Shown here in pieces: positions 27,693 to 37,805 of a stretch of 64,000 nt of DNA (position 1 is the first letter of the stretch; each line of letters opens with the position of its first letter). A program made the position numbers and the translations under genes. The DNA comes from an uncultured Candidatus Saccharibacteria bacterium (GTDB taxonomy: Bacteria > Patescibacteriota > Minisyncoccia > Phycocordibacterales > UBA918), in assembly GCA_964390945.1 (NCBI GenBank), contig CAYMIV010000002.1:1784-65783 (forward strand). Reading direction: 5' to 3'. The notes beneath the pieces are model-generated. The model had not been told where the DNA came from. It did no database searches and saw only the letters and a list, made by a program, of their open reading frames with translations.

Positions 27693-28619
27693 CTAACCAC
27701 GCGAATGAAATTTTTTATGAATATCGCGGAGGTGCTTATCAGTTACGTGCGTATACACCTGTGTTGTCGCAATGTTTGCATGCCCGAGGAGCGCTTGTAC
27801 GGAGCGGAGGTCGGCGCCGTTGCTTAAGAGGTCGGTTGCAAAACTGTGACGAATCACGTGCGGCGTCACCTTCCGCGTAATACCCGCAATCGTTGCGTAT
27901 CGTTTGATGATGCGCTGTACGCTTCTTGGTGTGAGTCGCAAATCTTTATTTTTCACCGTATCTGCTCGTGCTGTCTTGCCATATTGAATGAAGAGCGCAT
28001 CGTCCATATCTTTTCGCTCTTTGAGATACTCACGTATCGCGGAGCGGGCGGTATCGGAGAGAAACACGACGCGCACTTTATCACCCTTGCCGCGGACCGA
28101 AAATTCGTCACGAGAGAGGTCAACATCTTCAACTGAAAGTCCGCACAGCTCAGAAACACGCAGGCCAGTCGAAAATAGAAGTTCGAGTATTGCACGATCG
28201 CGGAGACCCTGGAGCGTCGAGGCGTCAGGTGCTTCCATAAGCCGATTCAATTCCTGCGGTGAAATGAGGTCGAGCGAGCGTTCCGGAACCTTTGCAAGCT
28301 CGATGCGTTCCGGGTTCAGCGATTCGATGCCGCGTTTGCGCAAAAATTTAAGAAATGCTCGCAGTGCAATGAGATAATAATTTTGCGTTCTGCGCTTCAG
28401 CGTGTCCCGCTGTCTGCCGATTCGTGTTCCAGGTTGGCGGTTGAGCCAGAGCCTATATTCTCGGACCATATCCTCTGTGAGTTTTTGGGGGGAATCAACC
28501 TTTGCATACTCGAAGAAACGCGAGAGGTAGTGATCATAATTTGCGACTGTATGGATGCTTCGACCCTTTTCAATTTCAAGATATTCCAAAAATTGTCGCT
28601 TGAGTTCCTGGAGTGACAT
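27693..28619 (-). CDS. tyrosine site-specific recombinase, XerC/XerD type
   Basis: Catalytic motifs RHSFAT...LLGHANIATTQVYTHV; N-terminal SAM-like core-binding domain; start reset to the ATG at 28619. Confidence 0.85.
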   Translation of the reverse strand: MSLQELKRQFLEYLEIEKGRSIHTVANYDHYLSRFFEYAKVDSPQKLTEDMVREYRLWLNRQPGTRIGRQRDTLKRRTQNYYLIALRAFLKFLRKRGIESLNPERIELAKVPERSLDLISPQELNRLMEAPDASTLQGLRDRAILELLFSTGLRVSELCGLSVEDVDLSRDEFSVRGKGDKVRVVFLSDTARSAIREYLKERKDMDDALFIQYGKTARADTVKNKDLRLTPRSVQRIIKRYATIAGITRKVTPHVIRHSFATDLLSNGADLRSVQALLGHANIATTQVYTHVTDKHLRDIHKKFHSRG

Positions 28620-28698
28620 ATATATGTATGTGTGGTGGATATATTGTACCGCAAAACAAAGCCGCCTCGCGTGGGCGGGGCGGCAAGCGTGTACGAGA

Positions 28699-28998
28699 CT
28701 ACAGCTCGTCAGGATCAATGAGGAGCGGGCGTCTTTTGATGTCTTCCCTCATGTGCGGCACCGAAACGATAAGCATCATGTGGAGAAACCCAACCGCGTA
28801 GCAGAGAACGCGGACAAGACCGCCGCCGTACGCCTTGAGTTGGTTGTGCCCCCTCATGCGGTCGACGTTTTTTTGGCGCACAAACTCCTTGAGCATTGCC
28901 TGGAAAACGACGAGGACTGCGTCATACCGCAGTTTCGCGATTTTTGTGCCAAGTTCTTCGAGGTTTTTTGCAGTCGGTACTTCGATTGGGTGTTTCAT
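28699..28998 (-). CDS. hypothetical protein
   Basis: 99 aa; no recognisable domain. Confidence 0.3.
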   Translation of the reverse strand: MKHPIEVPTAKNLEELGTKIAKLRYDAVLVVFQAMLKEFVRQKNVDRMRGHNQLKAYGGGLVRVLCYAVGFLHMMLIVSVPHMREDIKRRPLLIDPDEL

Positions 28999-29154
28999 CG
29001 CACCTCCGGGAAGATTCCGCTGCGGAGTTTAACACACCAGATAAGGGGTTGCAATTAATGTCAATTTATGGTAAAGTAGCAACAACCTTCGCAGGTTAAC
29101 GACTAACGGCGTCCGTGCGCACATCTACCGCACGAAGACGCATTTTTAATCACT

Positions 29155-29418
29155 ATGCTTACGAAACGAAAGAAAGAGAACGCAATAAAGGAAGTGCGTC
29201 GTCACGATAGCGATACAGGTTCACCGGAATCACAGGTTGCGCTCCTCACAAAGCAAATTGATGAGCTCTCAAAGCACCTTAAGAAGCACCGGAATGACTT
29301 TCATTCGCGTCGTGGCCTCTTGCAGATGGTCGCAAACCGTCGCAAACACCTCAAGTACATCGAGCGCAAAGATGGGAAGACGTACAAGTCACTCATAAAG
29401 AAGCTCGGGCTCAAATAG
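29155..29418 (+). CDS. rpsO: 30S ribosomal protein S15
   Basis: 87-aa S15 signature ([48 protein letters not shown]). Confidence 0.9.
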   Translation: MLTKRKKENAIKEVRRHDSDTGSPESQVALLTKQIDELSKHLKKHRNDFHSRRGLLQMVANRRKHLKYIERKDGKTYKSLIKKLGLK

Positions 29419-29426
29419 ATGGCGGT

Positions 29427-29451
29427 GCCGCGCGGACAAAGGTCCGCGCGG
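29427..29451 (+). terminator. hairpin after rpsO (attenuator/terminator-like; weak T-tract)
   Basis: ccgcgcggac-aaag-gtccgcgcgg. Confidence 0.45.
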
Positions 29452-29549
29452 TGTTCGTCAGTGAATTCTCCTCTGGTATACTACGGGGAGCGTTCTTTTT
29501 AAGAAATGTGAGGTTTTTAAAGTCTTTTTTTAAATTTTTTTAAGTTTTT

Positions 29550-30119
29550 ATGTCAATCATTAAACACAAGGAGCAGCGCGTTGCAATTTTTATCGACACG
29601 CAAAACCTTTATCACAGTGCAAAAAATATATACAAATCAAAGGTCAACTTTGATGCCGTCGTGCGCGCCGCCTTAGGCGACCGCAAACTGGTGCGCGCTA
29701 TTTCTTATGTCGTTACTACAGAGAGCGGGGAGGAGCAGTCGTTTTTCGAAGCGCTCGAAAAAGTTGGTATCGAGGTCAAAACAAAGGATCTCCAAATATT
29801 TTATGGCGGGGCAAAAAAAGCGGACTGGGACGTCGGCATGGCAATCGATGCCATTAAACTTTCCCAAAAAGTCGATGCAATTATTCTCGCGACCGGGGAC
29901 GGGGACTTCGTCCCGCTTGCTGAATACATTCGGTCACACGGCTGCCAGGTTGAAGTTATCGCATTCGGGCGTTCGAGCTCATCAAGACTCCGTGAATCCG
30001 TTGATGATTTCATCGACATGGATGACAATCCACGTGAATTTCTCATTGGCTACAAGAACGGCAGCCGTTTCAAGAGACAAATGAGACATGTTGTCGGGAC
30101 CGATACCGACGAATTGTGA
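29550..30119 (+). CDS. NYN/LabA-like PIN-fold domain protein
   Basis: VAIFIDTQNL...GDGDFVPL, the NYN signature; lies between rpsO and pnp. Confidence 0.7.
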   Translation: MSIIKHKEQRVAIFIDTQNLYHSAKNIYKSKVNFDAVVRAALGDRKLVRAISYVVTTESGEEQSFFEALEKVGIEVKTKDLQIFYGGAKKADWDVGMAIDAIKLSQKVDAIILATGDGDFVPLAEYIRSHGCQVEVIAFGRSSSSRLRESVDDFIDMDDNPREFLIGYKNGSRFKRQMRHVVGTDTDEL

Positions 30120-30280
30120 TTTTGGGTTGGTGGGCGCGGCCATATGGTCGCGCCCATTTTCATTTCTATTTCCCGCGGCTTCTGTTAGACTGTCCCCATT
30201 ACAAGCGGGCGGGCCCGATAGGTAGGTTTCAAGCGCGACGGTTTGAAATCTGAAATCGGAGCCGCCACATATAAGTAGGT

Positions 30281-32437
30281 ATGGAAAAGAAGGTATATAC
30301 GCACATCGTGGGCGGTAAAACACTTTCCGCAGAATTTACCAATCTCACCAACCAGGCGCACGGTTCCGTTCTGGTTCGCCTCGGCGAAACGGTCGTACTC
30401 GTAACGGCGGTGATGAGTGATCGTGAAAATCCGGGACTTTCGTACTTCCCGCTCTCGGTCGAGTTTGAGGAAAAATTCTATGCGAGCGGACAAATTCTTG
30501 GGAGCCGTTTCATGCGGCGAGAGGGTCGGCCGTCAGACGGCGCGGTTCTTTCGGCGCGTATTGTTGATAGGACTATTCGCCCTCTCTTCAACCACGCAAT
30601 CCGCAACGAGGTGCAGGTAATCGTCACTGTACTTGCAATGGGTGATGATGATCCGGACACGCTCGGGGTTATCGGTGCCTCTCTCGCACTTGGTACATCA
30701 GATATTCCCTGGGATGGTCCCGTTGGTGCTGTGCGTATTGGGAAGCGAAACGATTCGGGTGAAATCATCATCAATCCCACCTATGCCGAACGTGAAGCGG
30801 GCGTGCTCGCATACGAAGTGCTCGCGTGCGGGAAAGACGGACACATCAACATGATTGAAACTGCTGGCAATGAAATCTCCGAGGCGGTGGTGGTGCACGC
30901 GCTCGAAGAGGCGGTTGCCATCAACACCGGCCTTGAGGAGTTCCAGAAAACAATTATGCGCGAAATCGGCAAAGAGAAACGGGGCGTTGTCATACACGAG
31001 GCGGCAGACAACCTCCGCTCGCTCTTTGATTCGACTATGCGAAGTCGGCTTTCTGAAGCACTCTTCTCAAACCGCTCTGGGAAGTCTCACCTCTATGAAC
31101 TCAAGGAGGTGTGGCTCGATGAGGTCAAGACAGCGCTTCCGGAAGCAAGCGAAGCCGACGCTGGTGACCTTTTCGAACACGGTGTCGATGAGGAACTGCA
31201 CAGGGGAGTCATCGAGCGTGGGAAGCGCCCGGATGGGAGGGGAATGGATGAGGTGCGCGAACTATACGCACAAGCGGGAGGTTTGTCTCCTGTTCTCCAT
31301 GGATCGGGAATATTCTATCGCGGTGAAACGCACATCCTCACCGCACTCACCCTGGGCGGTCCAGACGATTCCCAAATTCTCGACACCATTGAAGAAAATG
31401 GCACAAAAAAACACTTCATGCACCACTACAATTTTCCTCCGTTTTCCGTCGGCGAAACTGGTCGCGTCGGGGGGCAAAACCGTCGCATGATCGGTCATGG
31501 CGCTCTCGCGGAAAAGGCGCTCGTTCCCGTAATTCCGAAGAAGGAGATTTTTCCGTATACTATTCGTCTCGTTTCTGAAACGCTCGCCTCAAACGGCTCA
31601 AGCTCAATGGGTTCAGTCTGCGCTTCGACCCTCGCGCTCATGGATGGCGGCGTACCGATTCTTCGACCAGTTGCTGGTATTGCATCGGGACTCATGATGG
31701 AAAATGATACAACTTATACTCTCCTCACCGATATCCAGGGGCCGGAAGATGAACATGGCGACATGGACTTTAAGGTTGCGGGAACGCGCGAAGGTATCAC
31801 CGCAATCCAGATGGACGTAAAAGTTGCCGGTATTCCGGTTCCAGTTCTCGCCGAGGCGCTTGAAAAGGCTCGACTGGCGCGCCTCACCATTCTCGATGTC
31901 ATTGAAAAAGAATTGGGTGCTCCTCGTGCGGACATAAGCCCCCGCGCCCCAAAGATACTCGTACTCTCCATACTTCCCGACCAAATCGGCCTCGTTATCG
32001 GTTCGGGAGGAAAAACCATCAACGGTATAAAAGAGGAAACTGGTGTTGATGAAATCACCATCGAGGATGACGGAACCGTGTTCATCACAGGGAAGAACGG
32101 GACTGCCGAATCTGCCCTCGCACGAATACAGGCACTGACTCGGGTATTTGAGATTGGCGAACGACTTGATGCAACAATAACCCGTATCGCAACCTTCGGC
32201 GCGTTTGCAAAAATGAATGAGCAGAACGAGGGACTCATCCACATATCTGAAATTGCACCGTTCCGACTTGAGACGCTTGACGGCATTCTCAAGGTCGGCG
32301 ACGTAGTTCCGGTGATTGTCTCCAAGATAGAAGAAGGAAAGATCGGCCTCTCAATCAAGCGGGCGGATCCTGATTTTGCGCAAAAAAAAGGAATTAAACC
32401 GCCTGAGCGGAAACCTTTCCCCGAAAAGCGGGGATAG
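30281..32437 (+). CDS. pnp: polynucleotide phosphorylase
   Basis: 718 aa; two RNase PH domains, a KH domain and an S1 domain. Confidence 0.95.
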   Translation: MEKKVYTHIVGGKTLSAEFTNLTNQAHGSVLVRLGETVVLVTAVMSDRENPGLSYFPLSVEFEEKFYASGQILGSRFMRREGRPSDGAVLSARIVDRTIRPLFNHAIRNEVQVIVTVLAMGDDDPDTLGVIGASLALGTSDIPWDGPVGAVRIGKRNDSGEIIINPTYAEREAGVLAYEVLACGKDGHINMIETAGNEISEAVVVHALEEAVAINTGLEEFQKTIMREIGKEKRGVVIHEAADNLRSLFDSTMRSRLSEALFSNRSGKSHLYELKEVWLDEVKTALPEASEADAGDLFEHGVDEELHRGVIERGKRPDGRGMDEVRELYAQAGGLSPVLHGSGIFYRGETHILTALTLGGPDDSQILDTIEENGTKKHFMHHYNFPPFSVGETGRVGGQNRRMIGHGALAEKALVPVIPKKEIFPYTIRLVSETLASNGSSSMGSVCASTLALMDGGVPILRPVAGIASGLMMENDTTYTLLTDIQGPEDEHGDMDFKVAGTREGITAIQMDVKVAGIPVPVLAEALEKARLARLTILDVIEKELGAPRADISPRAPKILVLSILPDQIGLVIGSGGKTINGIKEETGVDEITIEDDGTVFITGKNGTAESALARIQALTRVFEIGERLDATITRIATFGAFAKMNEQNEGLIHISEIAPFRLETLDGILKVGDVVPVIVSKIEEGKIGLSIKRADPDFAQKKGIKPPERKPFPEKRG

Positions 32438-32442
32438 CCACA

Positions 32443-32478
32443 ATCGCGCCCCAAACCGGGGCGCGATTTTGTTTTTTC
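32443..32478 (+). terminator. rho-independent terminator
   Basis: atcgcgcccc-aaac-cggggcgcgat followed by tttgtttttt. Confidence 0.75.
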
Positions 32479-32495
32479 GTGCGATACTTATAGGG

Positions 32496-34454
32496 ATGGA
32501 TGACCGCAAAAAGAACGACGACACGCTTGGCGTGGTGTTCAAAGATAAAAACGGGGAAAAACATCAGAAACTCGACATGGAAACTCCGCTTAAGGGCGGC
32601 GGGAGTGTGAGGGGCGCTTCGCTCCTCTCGACTGGTGAGGGAGTGTTTGATGTCGGTCACGCGTTCGGAAGCACCGATGATGTAGAGCGTGGAACAATAG
32701 TGACCGACAAGCGGCACGTGCACGTCAGCATCGGCGAAACACTCCGGAGCGCGTTTTCTGAGTGGTATGAAAAGACAGCGGCATCACTCCGTCGTGTTGA
32801 AGTTCTGCAAAAGAACCCGCCCGTGACCGTCGCGGCGCCGGAAACACGCAGGGAAGTAATCAAAGAGGCGTCTGGCTTCACCAAACAAGTTCCGAAAGAT
32901 GATCACACCATCATCGTCGAAAAACTGAAAACACTCAACAGAGATGCTGCGCGCGTAACCGGCCGCCCGTTCTCGCTCAAGAGTGCGGGAGAAAATTCGC
33001 CCCCGCCCCAGTCCACCCCAGTCGGCACCCCGGAAAAAAGCACTCCCGATGCGGATTTCACGAAAAACAAAAGCACGCTGGATTTGCGCGCGCACGCAAT
33101 CGCGCCGACTGTTGAGAAAAAATTCTCAGCACCCTCGCATGAACATCCTCATCGGGAAGAAATTCCCGCGTCAGGAATACCGCTCTTCAAAACAATTCCA
33201 CGCGATGCGCTACCGCACCATGAGGACCGGGGAGCAACGCCGCCGCAGCCGATTCTCAATGGACACCCAAATCAGGTTCCCGAAATTGTGCACAGAGACC
33301 CGGCCTCTTTCAAAAAGGAGGGGAGTGAACCGGGCTGGTCATTCCTCCTTAACGAGACGGAGGACTCGCCGAAATTGGCGAATGTGAGTTTCCCAGAGTG
33401 GGATGTCGAGAAGCACATAACAGAAGTGCTCTCAAATCCGGCTCCCGACCCCAAAGACGTGGAGCGTATTGGGAGTAAACGAAAGGAGGTGGAGAGCGCA
33501 CAAAAAGAAGCGGCACTCCGCGTGCTTAAAGAACGTGCCGCAGAGGAAGTGGCTCGACAGGAAGAGGCTGCGCGCGTGCGCAAAGAAGAAGCGGAACGTG
33601 CGCGAAAAGAAGAACTGGCACGCGTACAGCGTATTGAAGCGGAGTCGCGCGCAGCCCGTGAAGCCGAGATTCAAAAGCAGAAACACGCAGAGGAACCCGC
33701 GGCTCTGGCGCTGCGCCAACAACGTGCCGATGTCGAAACCATTCAACACACAAGTATTCGTACCGCCACCATTCCTCGGGAGAAGGCAGGAAAGTTTCCC
33801 TTCGCAACCGCCATCATTATTGCTCTGGTTATTGTTGGTACTGTTGCGGGAGTTGGTGCCGCCTTCATGGTGACAAAAGAGTCTCCCCAAGAAGCCGCAG
33901 TGCCGACCCCCACGCTTGTTTCTGCTGATGCAACTGTGGAGGCGCAGTTCAGTGCGGACCGCACGACCCTTATCGCCTCACTTGAGCGCGCGGTGGGTGA
34001 TTCACTGGGTGAAATCACGCACATCGCAATCCGCGACGAGTCGGGGCTCCTCGTTAATCCGGAGACATTCTTTTCGTCGCTTGGTGCAGGCGTACCGGGT
34101 TCTTTTGTCCGCTCTCTTCGTGACACCATGATGGTGGGTTCCGTTTCACTCACCAAACACGAACTGTTTATCATATTCCAAACAAACTCGTTTGAATCTG
34201 CTTTTGCGGGCATGCTTGCGTGGGAACCTCGTATGCGCTCTGATTTCGCTCCATTGTTTGGAAAAACGTCAGATATGATTACTGACAGCATCGAATCGCG
34301 TTTTGCGGACGCAACAACGGCGGGAGACTCCATCAGAATTCTTCGGGGAACCGACGGTCAGGAAGTTCTCCTCTATGCGTTTGTGAATCGCACAACGCTC
34401 ATCATAACGTCATCGACCGAAGCGCTTGCAATGATTCTTCCAAAACTCAAATAA
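32496..34454 (+). CDS. hypothetical membrane protein with Glu/Arg/Ala-rich coiled-coil
   Basis: 652 aa from the ATG at 32496 (the upstream ORF portion covers the pnp terminator); charged repeat EEAARVRKEEAERARKEELARVQRIEAE, one TM helix, then a C-terminal globular domain. Confidence 0.4.
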   Translation: MDDRKKNDDTLGVVFKDKNGEKHQKLDMETPLKGGGSVRGASLLSTGEGVFDVGHAFGSTDDVERGTIVTDKRHVHVSIGETLRSAFSEWYEKTAASLRRVEVLQKNPPVTVAAPETRREVIKEASGFTKQVPKDDHTIIVEKLKTLNRDAARVTGRPFSLKSAGENSPPPQSTPVGTPEKSTPDADFTKNKSTLDLRAHAIAPTVEKKFSAPSHEHPHREEIPASGIPLFKTIPRDALPHHEDRGATPPQPILNGHPNQVPEIVHRDPASFKKEGSEPGWSFLLNETEDSPKLANVSFPEWDVEKHITEVLSNPAPDPKDVERIGSKRKEVESAQKEAALRVLKERAAEEVARQEEAARVRKEEAERARKEELARVQRIEAESRAAREAEIQKQKHAEEPAALALRQQRADVETIQHTSIRTATIPREKAGKFPFATAIIIALVIVGTVAGVGAAFMVTKESPQEAAVPTPTLVSADATVEAQFSADRTTLIASLERAVGDSLGEITHIAIRDESGLLVNPETFFSSLGAGVPGSFVRSLRDTMMVGSVSLTKHELFIIFQTNSFESAFAGMLAWEPRMRSDFAPLFGKTSDMITDSIESRFADATTAGDSIRILRGTDGQEVLLYAFVNRTTLIITSSTEALAMILPKLK

Positions 34455-34457
34455 TGA

Positions 34458-34856
34458 ATGCGTGGTATACTGTCCGCCATGATAGACACATCACACTATA
34501 AGGCGCTTCTTGATTCGGCGCTCGAAGAACTCACCGAAGAGCTCAAGACCGTTGGTATACACGACCCGCACAACCCGCAAAACTGGGTCGCAATTCCCGA
34601 TACGACCGATGCGGATAATGCCGATATCGACCTTGTTGCCGATGCTGTCGAAGATGCCGATGAGCGTCAGGCGCTCGTTGCGGCTTTTGAAACCCGCTAT
34701 AACAGTATTATGCGCGCCCTCAAAAAAATTGACGAAGGAACCTATGGAGCGTGCGAGGTGTGTGGTGCCCCGATAGAAACCGAGAGACTTGAGGTAAGCC
34801 CGGAAGCTCGAACCGACAAAGCGCATATGGGGGAAGAAGAAACCCTCGAACTATAG
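34458..34856 (+). CDS. DksA/TraR-family C4-type zinc-finger protein
   Basis: C-terminal CEVCGAPIETERLEVSPEARTDKAH zinc-ribbon motif; 132 aa. Confidence 0.7.
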   Translation: MRGILSAMIDTSHYKALLDSALEELTEELKTVGIHDPHNPQNWVAIPDTTDADNADIDLVADAVEDADERQALVAAFETRYNSIMRALKKIDEGTYGACEVCGAPIETERLEVSPEARTDKAHMGEEETLEL

Positions 34857-34858
34857 GT

Positions 34859-36385
34859 ATGGCCATCGCCCGTGTTCACGCCGCTCAACCATCCGTACTC
34901 GGTGGAGATATCGTCACAATTGAAGCAGACCTCTCGCGAGGTCTGTATTCGTTTGCGGTTGTCGGTCTTCCGGGGAAGGCGGTCGAAGAGGCGAAGGATC
35001 GTGTCTCGAGTGCAATTAAAAATTCCGGATTCAATTCACCGAAAAGTGAAAATCAGAGGGTTGTCATCTCGCTCGCACCCGCAGACTTGAAAAAAGAGGG
35101 ACCGCTCTTCGACCTTCCAATCGCTCTGTCGTATCTTCTTGCAAAAGGAGAAGTTCATGGAAAAACGGAAAATCGAGTCTTCGTCGGAGAGCTTGCGCTT
35201 GATGGAACGCTTCGCCCAGTGCGGGGAATTCTTCCTGTTGTGCAAGAGGCGGCACGTCGTGGATTTGAGGAAGTTATAGTTCCCCTCGAGAACGCAGAGG
35301 AGTCGGCACTCATTCCAAACATCATTTCGATTCCAGCGCGCTCTCTCATGGAGGTTGTGAAACACATTGATTCCTCGCGAGACGATCACCAAACCATCCC
35401 GGCACAACCGCCAACCCAAATCGCAACCGTCTGGAGCGAGGAGGGTGTGAGATTTGAAGATATTCGCGGGCAAGAAACTGCAAAGCGCGGTCTCATGATT
35501 GCAGCGGCGGGGAGACACAACCTCATCATGGTTGGTCCTCCGGGGACCGGAAAAACAATGCTCGCGCGGGCATTCCAAAGCATCCTACCGCCGCTTTCCA
35601 CAAAAGAGGCGCTCGAGGTGACGGCGATACACTCGGTTGCAGGAACGGGTGAGGGTATTACGAGTAGGCCGCCATTTCGAGCGCCGCATCACACCGCATC
35701 ACATACCTCACTCGTGGGTGGCGGTACACACCCAAAACCCGGCGAGGTTACCCTCGCACATCGTGGTGTGTTGTTTCTCGATGAGTTTCCGGAATTTGAG
35801 AGAAGAAGTATTGATGCACTGCGGCAACCTCTCGAGGATAAGGTAGTTTCAATTTCCCGCGTACATTCTTCGGCGCTCTTTCCTGCAGATTTTGTGCTCG
35901 TCGCCGCAATGAATCCAACGCGCGGAGGAGATGATGGTGGCGACTATGCTTCCCAGATGCTCACAACATACAAACAGAAAATATCAGGCCCAATTCTTGA
36001 CCGGATTGATCTATGGCTTCCTGTTCCGCACATTGATTTCGAAACGCTCACGCGCCTTCGTGAGTCGACTGTTACCGGTCGAAAAACCGAAACGACTGTG
36101 GTGCGCGAACGAATTCTTGAAGCGAGGGAACGACAGCGCGAGCGCCTCAAGGGTCTCGGTATTCAAACGAACGGGGAAATGTCAGCTCGTGACATTGAAG
36201 AACGCATCGAATTATCAGAGTACGTTCGGTCACTGCTCAAAAATTCCGCTGAAAAATTGCACCTCTCGCCGAGAAGTTATCATCGGCTCATCAAGGTTGC
36301 ACGTACGATTGCCGATCTCGATGAATCAGCAGAGATGACGACCGACCACGTACTTGAGGCACTCCAGTACCGAGTGAAGATGTAG
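34859..36385 (+). CDS. comM: YifB/ComM-family Mg-chelatase-like AAA+ ATPase
   Basis: Lon-protease-like N-terminal domain and AAA+ core with Walker A GPPGTGKTMLA and Walker B LFLDEFPEF. Confidence 0.85.
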   Translation: MAIARVHAAQPSVLGGDIVTIEADLSRGLYSFAVVGLPGKAVEEAKDRVSSAIKNSGFNSPKSENQRVVISLAPADLKKEGPLFDLPIALSYLLAKGEVHGKTENRVFVGELALDGTLRPVRGILPVVQEAARRGFEEVIVPLENAEESALIPNIISIPARSLMEVVKHIDSSRDDHQTIPAQPPTQIATVWSEEGVRFEDIRGQETAKRGLMIAAAGRHNLIMVGPPGTGKTMLARAFQSILPPLSTKEALEVTAIHSVAGTGEGITSRPPFRAPHHTASHTSLVGGGTHPKPGEVTLAHRGVLFLDEFPEFERRSIDALRQPLEDKVVSISRVHSSALFPADFVLVAAMNPTRGGDDGGDYASQMLTTYKQKISGPILDRIDLWLPVPHIDFETLTRLRESTVTGRKTETTVVRERILEARERQRERLKGLGIQTNGEMSARDIEERIELSEYVRSLLKNSAEKLHLSPRSYHRLIKVARTIADLDESAEMTTDHVLEALQYRVKM

Positions 36386-36416
36386 AGTTGGTGCTCTACC
36401 TCTTTTCTACACGACC

Positions 36417-37439
36417 CTAAAATGGATTCCGTGCGCCTCGAACCTCAAAGTGCAGGTGCGGGCCTGTTGAGCGTCCGGTATTTCCCATTCCTCCGATTGC
36501 CGCACCCGTACTGACTTTTTGTCCTACCACAACATACACGCTCGAGAGGTGGGCGTAGAGGGTCTGTGTTCCGTTTCCGTGTTTGATGACGACGTATGCT
36601 CCATATCCCCCATTCCAGCCGGTCGCTTTCGCCACAATGACTTCGCCTGAAGCTGCGGCAAGTACTGACGAGCCGACAGGTACGCCCGCGAGGTCAACGC
36701 CGTTGTAACCGTGAATGCCTTGTGTCTTTGACGCGCCAGGGAGCGGGTTTGCAAAACTGCCGCTTGCCGAAACAGAACCGCTCGTCTTCGACGGTGATAC
36801 GCTCCGTGCAATTGCGGGTGCGGCAATTGTTCCGTCGGGAACAACAATGGTGTCGCCCACCCGGATGTCGCTTGCGGAAGCGAGCTGATTGAAGTCGAGA
36901 ATGTCGTCAACATCGCCCTTGTATTTTTTCGCGATAGACGCAATGGTGTCCCCTTGTTTTACGACATGACGCACGCCGGTAATGGGCAAGATGACGAGTG
37001 TGTCCCCGGGACGAATAAGGCTTGGAGAATCAATATCGTTTGCCCAAAGCACGGTCTTCGCGCTCACACCGAACATCTCTGCAATCTGTGAGAGGGTGTC
37101 GCCCTCGCGCACGATATAAACGCTAATTTCACCGTTCGGGGATTTATTTTCCACCCCGTCATCCCGAATATCAAAAATACCCTGCGGTACCAGAGCCCCG
37201 TCTTCGATAAGGATGTCACCGCCGCCTTTTGCCGGATTCGGGTCCGCGTGAAGGGCGGCGCGGAGAAGGGGAACGGTCTGCGCATTGTAGGATTGTGTGA
37301 CTATCTCGTTTGCGCGCGCTTCGCTCCGAATGCTATAAGTCGCCGTGTATATCGCAGAATGTACAAGAACGGCAACGAGGAGGGGGACTGACAAAGAAAC
37401 CGGTGCGTGCGATACGCGCCGTAGCATACGGTATGTCAT
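36417..37439 (-). CDS. LysM-domain M23-family metallopeptidase
   Basis: TM helix, two LysM repeats (GDTLSQIAEMFGVSAKTV; GDTIASIAKKYKGDV) and M23 motifs (HxxxD region GVDLAG, HLHFE). Confidence 0.8.
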   Translation of the reverse strand: MTYRMLRRVSHAPVSLSVPLLVAVLVHSAIYTATYSIRSEARANEIVTQSYNAQTVPLLRAALHADPNPAKGGGDILIEDGALVPQGIFDIRDDGVENKSPNGEISVYIVREGDTLSQIAEMFGVSAKTVLWANDIDSPSLIRPGDTLVILPITGVRHVVKQGDTIASIAKKYKGDVDDILDFNQLASASDIRVGDTIVVPDGTIAAPAIARSVSPSKTSGSVSASGSFANPLPGASKTQGIHGYNGVDLAGVPVGSSVLAAASGEVIVAKATGWNGGYGAYVVIKHGNGTQTLYAHLSSVYVVVGQKVSTGAAIGGMGNTGRSTGPHLHFEVRGARNPF

Positions 37440-37805
37440 CTGTCCCCGATATTTCCATTCAGAATGGAGGGGTTCAGAATTCGTAAGTTTGGATTTTATA
37501 CGCAGTTGTTATGGTCTCGCCGCCGGTCTTCCATTACGGAAATTGAATGAAACAAAAAGAGCGATACTTGTGAGAACGCTCCAAATCGTATCCAACGCTT
37601 CAGGATACGTTACTTATGATAGCGGAGGAGGTGGTTGGGTCAACCTTGCCAGATTTTGTTGTCCACAGCATAGTGCGAAACGCTCATAATTGGCAAAGAT
37701 AAGCCACAAAAGTGATATGGTCTTGTTCGTTTTTTTGTGGTCTAGTGTATTCTTTTGTTCTACCTTTAGTTTCTGCGGGATATTTGTTTTTCTCGTGCTA
37801 TAGTT

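Noticed and set aside
27693-28619. Interpreting the tyrosine recombinase as a prophage or ICE integrase marking an island
   Set aside because: The N-terminal domain and catalytic box are of the chromosomal XerC/D dimer-resolution type, there is no adjacent excisionase, phage gene or att repeat, and it lies far (16 kb) from the tRNA cluster.
31613-32454. Minus-strand ORFs of 209 and 246 aa
   Set aside because: They are antisense to pnp, a highly conserved full-length gene, and are therefore spurious.
33432-34333. Minus-strand ORFs of 152 and 196 aa
   Set aside because: They are antisense to the 32496..34454 gene and of low complexity.
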